Below, piece after piece: positions 60,712-64,000 of a stretch of DNA of 64,000 nt. The DNA comes from Candidatus Woodwardiibium gallinarum. Lineage in GTDB: Bacteria > Bacillota > Clostridia > Oscillospirales > CAG-382. Position numbers and translations under genes: made by a program. The stretch is taken from contig CAJFRY010000001.1 of assembly GCA_904419545.1 (NCBI GenBank), forward strand, positions 80,922 through 144,921. The letters are read 5' to 3'. The notes beneath the pieces are model-generated. The model was given only the letters and a program-made list of their open reading frames with translations, was not told the origin of the DNA and did not search any database. Numbering within the stretch: the stretch's first letter is position 1; each line of letters begins with the position of its first letter.

Positions 60712-62475
60712 TCAGGTATTCGTCACATCCCTTTTTGTAAATGTTGCAAAAGCAATCAGCAGGCACAGAACCGTCAGTCCGCCCAACCAGATGCATGCAA
60801 AAGTCGGATATACGACGATCTCGCCGGTCACACGTGAAATCGTCTCGGGCGCGAGCGTGACCAGATCGTTGAACACGAAGGAGGAAATGTTGAAATAGGG
60901 GAAAGGCAAATAACCGTACAGTGTGCTGTTGCGGAAAAATGACGACAGCAGGATCGATGAGAAGAACGTGAACAGTCCCGACGAGACGGCAAACGCCGTA
61001 TTGCGGAACACCGTCGAGGCGGTGAACGTCAGCGTCAGCAGGAACAGAATGGAAGCCGAGCAGTAGAGCACACGGAAGAGCATCCAGTGCAGAAAATCAA
61101 ATTCCACTACCGCTCCTTCGGACACGAACAGATAAGGCAGGCCCAGGTCGCCCGCACCACAGATCAGGATGCTTGCCAGCAGATAGGCGCCGAAGGACAG
61201 GATAATGAGCACCATTGTCGTCAGGATGCAGGAGAGATACTTTGACAGCAGTATTTTATATCGTTTTGCAGGCCGGATGAGCAGCAGATAGATTGTACGC
61301 GTCACATGCTCGCTCGAAACCGAAACGCCTGCGATGACGATGGCAAAAAAGGCGAAAAAGGTGAACATATCCGAAAATCCGAGCATATTGGATCGTGTCG
61401 AATCGGCGACCGAAAGCTCCTCTACGCCGTTGTTGATGGAATACCAGCCGATGGCAACCGCATCGAGCTGATCCTGCAGCTCAGCGTTGAGCAGTGTGGC
61501 GTATTCGCCGTAATCGGCATAGGCCCATTCGTAATAATCGCCGTTTTTGTGGAAGTATTCCTCTGTGACAAAGCCGTTGAGCTTGGAGATATATGCGTCG
61601 TATTTATCGAGCATGATGTCGAGCGTGCGGTCCACCCAGCTTTGGAATTCAATGCCGTTTTCGTAACGGTACGTCTGAATCTCGATCTTGCCTTCTATGG
61701 CCGCCTTGACGCCTTCTGCCTTGCGTTTGGACATTGCCAGCTCGATGCTGGCTGGGTTGTCCTCCAGTTGGCGGTTGATTGCTTCCAGTTCGGATTGCTT
61801 GGCTGCCTGATCGTATTGAAGCGTGGTGATCTGGTTTTTGCAGTAGGAACCGTAATCCAGCGCTTCGACGCCCGACCAGAGCGTTTCGATGTTCTGAAGC
61901 TGATTGCGCAGCTTGACGGTGATTTCGGTAATGGTATAGTTGGAACTGATCTCCAGGTAAGGACAAATCACCGTGGCGATGTAATCCTCGTCGTCCGGCT
62001 CGGCGTCTAAAATCACACGGTAGCAGGCGATCTTCATTTCACCGTTGATGATGTCGTACAGGACCGAGTAGCGCCAGTCGTCCCGCGAAAGAATATTCAG
62101 TTCGAGCGCTTTTTCGTATACGGAGACGTAGGTCTCAGCCTCCAGAAGCGCAAACCGCAGTTCGTTGTAGGTCTTGTAATCGGTGCTTCGCGTGTCGCTG
62201 ATGTCGTCGCTTTCCGCCCCGGATACCGTACTTTCATCCGAAGACGTCAGTTCTTCCTCATATTCGAGAAGCTGATTTTGGTATGTGATCACACTTTTCC
62301 GATAATCGTCAAGCTCCGTTTCCAGTGAGAAGCTGCCGCCGGCTATGTTGGAAGAATCGTAAACATTGAGCCCGGCCAAAAAGCAGTTGAGAATGACGAG
62401 GACAAAAAAGAACATCAGTCCGCGGCGCTTGAATATTTTTGTAAATTCGTTGACGGTGAAAGAAAGCAGCTTCAT
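60712..62475 (-). CDS. ABC-2 type permease with very large extracellular domain
   Basis: NEFTKIFKR plus TM, ~350-aa acidic/coiled-coil loop, VSSEHVTRTIYLLLIRPAKRYKILLSK, C-terminal TMs ending FTKRDV. Confidence 0.85.
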   Translation of the reverse strand: MKLLSFTVNEFTKIFKRRGLMFFFVLVILNCFLAGLNVYDSSNIAGGSFSLETELDDYRKSVITYQNQLLEYEEELTSSDESTVSGAESDDISDTRSTDYKTYNELRFALLEAETYVSVYEKALELNILSRDDWRYSVLYDIINGEMKIACYRVILDAEPDDEDYIATVICPYLEISSNYTITEITVKLRNQLQNIETLWSGVEALDYGSYCKNQITTLQYDQAAKQSELEAINRQLEDNPASIELAMSKRKAEGVKAAIEGKIEIQTYRYENGIEFQSWVDRTLDIMLDKYDAYISKLNGFVTEEYFHKNGDYYEWAYADYGEYATLLNAELQDQLDAVAIGWYSINNGVEELSVADSTRSNMLGFSDMFTFFAFFAIVIAGVSVSSEHVTRTIYLLLIRPAKRYKILLSKYLSCILTTMVLIILSFGAYLLASILICGAGDLGLPYLFVSEGAVVEFDFLHWMLFRVLYCSASILFLLTLTFTASTVFRNTAFAVSSGLFTFFSSILLSSFFRNSTLYGYLPFPYFNISSFVFNDLVTLAPETISRVTGEIVVYPTFACIWLGGLTVLCLLIAFATFTKRDVTNT

Positions 62476-63389
62476 TTCTTTTTCGCCCTCTTTCTCTTGC
62501 CGGTGGCTTCAAGAAACGCGTCGCTGAGCGTCTTTTTCACTGCGGTCATCCCGTAAAGCGCGATGTTGTTCTCCACCAGCAGACGCGCCGCTTCGGCGGA
62601 TTGAAGGCGGGTCATATAAACGTTCAGGCCGGAATCTGCCGTTTCGGCAGAAAAACCGCTCTCGGAAAGCAGCTTCAGTGCGCGCGCGGCGTCGTTGACG
62701 TCCAGAAGATAGTGGACGGGGAGGTCGTCGCTTTCGCTTGTCAGTTCCTTGAGCGTTTTGATGGCGACGATAAACCCGCTTTCAATGATGATGAGCCGGC
62801 TGCACATCAGTTCCATTTCCGCGAGCTGATGGCTGGAGATCAGGACCGACGTGCCGGCGGCTGCCAAATTGCGGATCAGCATGCGAAAATCTCGCACACC
62901 GGACGGATCCAGACCGTTCAGAGGCTCATCCAAGAGCAGCAGCTTCGGATTATGCAGCATTGCCTGCGCGATGCCGAGCCGCTGACGCATCCCCAGCGAA
63001 TAGCGGCGCACCTTCTCGCCGATCTGCTCGGTCAGCCCTACCGTCTCAATCACCTCACAGATGCGCGACTTGCGCACGCGGTAAGGCCGCGCGGCAACCT
63101 TCAGGTTGTCCATCCCCGACAGATAGCCGTACAGTTCCGGCGTTTCGATAATGGCACCGACGTTTTTGATCGCTTTTTCAAAATCCGTGCGGATGTTCAG
63201 CCCGTCGATATACACCTCGCCGGCGTTGGGGGTAAGCAGGCCAAGGATGATTTTGATCGCTGTCGTTTTTCCGGCGCCGTTCGGGCCGAGGAAGCCGACG
63301 ACCTCGCCCTCTTCGATGTCAAAGCTGACGTCGGAAAGCACCGCCCGATCCTCGAAGCTTTTGCTTATTCCGTTGACGGACAGCAGCAT
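62472..63389 (-). CDS. ABC-2 type ATP-binding protein
   Basis: GPNGAGKTT, YSLGMRQRLGIA, LDEPLNGLDP, SSH; GGAGG RBS. Confidence 0.95.
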   Translation of the reverse strand: MLLSVNGISKSFEDRAVLSDVSFDIEEGEVVGFLGPNGAGKTTAIKIILGLLTPNAGEVYIDGLNIRTDFEKAIKNVGAIIETPELYGYLSGMDNLKVAARPYRVRKSRICEVIETVGLTEQIGEKVRRYSLGMRQRLGIAQAMLHNPKLLLLDEPLNGLDPSGVRDFRMLIRNLAAAGTSVLISSHQLAEMELMCSRLIIIESGFIVAIKTLKELTSESDDLPVHYLLDVNDAARALKLLSESGFSAETADSGLNVYMTRLQSAEAARLLVENNIALYGMTAVKKTLSDAFLEATGKRKRAKKK

Positions 63390-63535
63390 GCAGCCTGACC
63401 TCCTTTTTATCCCGAATGCCGCGGCAGACCAAAAAACGCCGCAAATCGCCACAATAACCTTTTCTAAATATAATATACGCAAAAAAAAGAAAAAACCCTT
63501 TTTTATTTAACAATCCAGAAAATTTTTTATTTCTG

Positions 63536-63564
63536 TTGCCTTTCCCGACCGGTTGTGGTATAAT
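63536..63564 (+). promoter_or_regulatory. sigma-A promoter
   Basis: TTGCCT-17-TATAAT with extended TG. Confidence 0.7.
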
Positions 63565-63592
63565 AAAGCCTTAAGAATGGGGAGTTGTTGGC

Positions 63593-64000
63593 GTGTTCGG
63601 ATACATTCGGCCTGTTGAAAGCGAGTTGCTGGTCAAGGAATATGAATTCTATCGCGCGGTCTACTGCTCGCTATGCAAAACCGGCGGACGCCGCGTGTCG
63701 CGCTTTTCCCGATTTTTCCTGAATTACGATTTCGTTTTCCTTGCACTCGTCCGGCTGGCGCTGACGCGTGAGCAGGTCAGTACGGAAAGGACATTTTGCC
63801 CGTATCGGCTGAAAAAGAAAACCGTCCTTGCCGAAAACGATGCGGTGACATACACGACGGCGGCTTTTGGGCTCCTTTCCTATTATAAGCTGTGTGACGA
63901 TATCGCCGACCTGCGCGGATTCCGACGCCTGAAAAAGCGGCTGCTGCTTCCCTTATTTTCCCGTATGCGCAGAAAAGCCGCACGCCTTTATCCGGAGCTG
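63593..64000 (+). CDS. DUF5685-like hypothetical protein (runs off the window end)
   Basis: GTG after GGGGAG; MFGYIRPVESELLVKEYEFYRAVYCSLC...LNYDFVFLAL. Confidence 0.8.
   Translation, partial: MFGYIRPVESELLVKEYEFYRAVYCSLCKTGGRRVSRFSRFFLNYDFVFLALVRLALTREQVSTERTFCPYRLKKKTVLAENDAVTYTTAAFGLLSYYKLCDDIADLRGFRRLKKRLLLPLFSRMRRKAARLYPEL

Noticed and set aside
1-64000. Many long alternative ORFs (e.g. 4686-6236 +, 41526-43691 -, 29947-31227 -, 34048-35367 -)
   Set aside because: Antisense or off-frame shadows of well-supported genes in GC-rich DNA, with no recognisable motifs.
1-64000. CRISPR array, tRNA/rRNA, IS element, prophage
   Set aside because: No spaced direct repeats, cloverleaf/rRNA signatures, transposase, integrase or phage genes seen.

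Overview
Chromosomal window from a GC-rich Clostridia-class Firmicute (Oscillospiraceae/Ruminococcaceae-like by gene content; inference), read in standard code 11. Core blocks: rpmG-secE-nusG-rplK-rplA (-); deoB-cdd-pdp-fhs-tsaE-tsaB-rpiB-GNAT (-); rpsO-pnp (-); glycogen operon glgBCDAP plus a GH13 enzyme, AAC(3)-like and kinase genes (+); sigH-like; ilvBN; a dcw cluster mraZ to ftsZ without murE/murD/ftsA (+); and an ABC-dGTPase-dnaG-sigA-pheST run followed by ireB (-). The main accessory region is an island at about 9.65-17.5 kb. It holds a secreted protein with an FtsX/MacB-type ABC system, a ricin-lectin/matrixin gene broken by two in-frame stops, a TIMP-like partner, and a lone ABC exporter. 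Both transport units sit behind short Cys-doublet leader peptides coupled to terminator hairpins; one leader has a complete 4-segment attenuator layout. The AT-rich spacer before mraZ carries tandem NrdR-like boxes, two LexA boxes and MraZ boxes with no nrd or SOS gene adjacent. No rRNA, tRNA, CRISPR, transposase or integrase was seen. All calls come from reading the sequence; no database searches were run.
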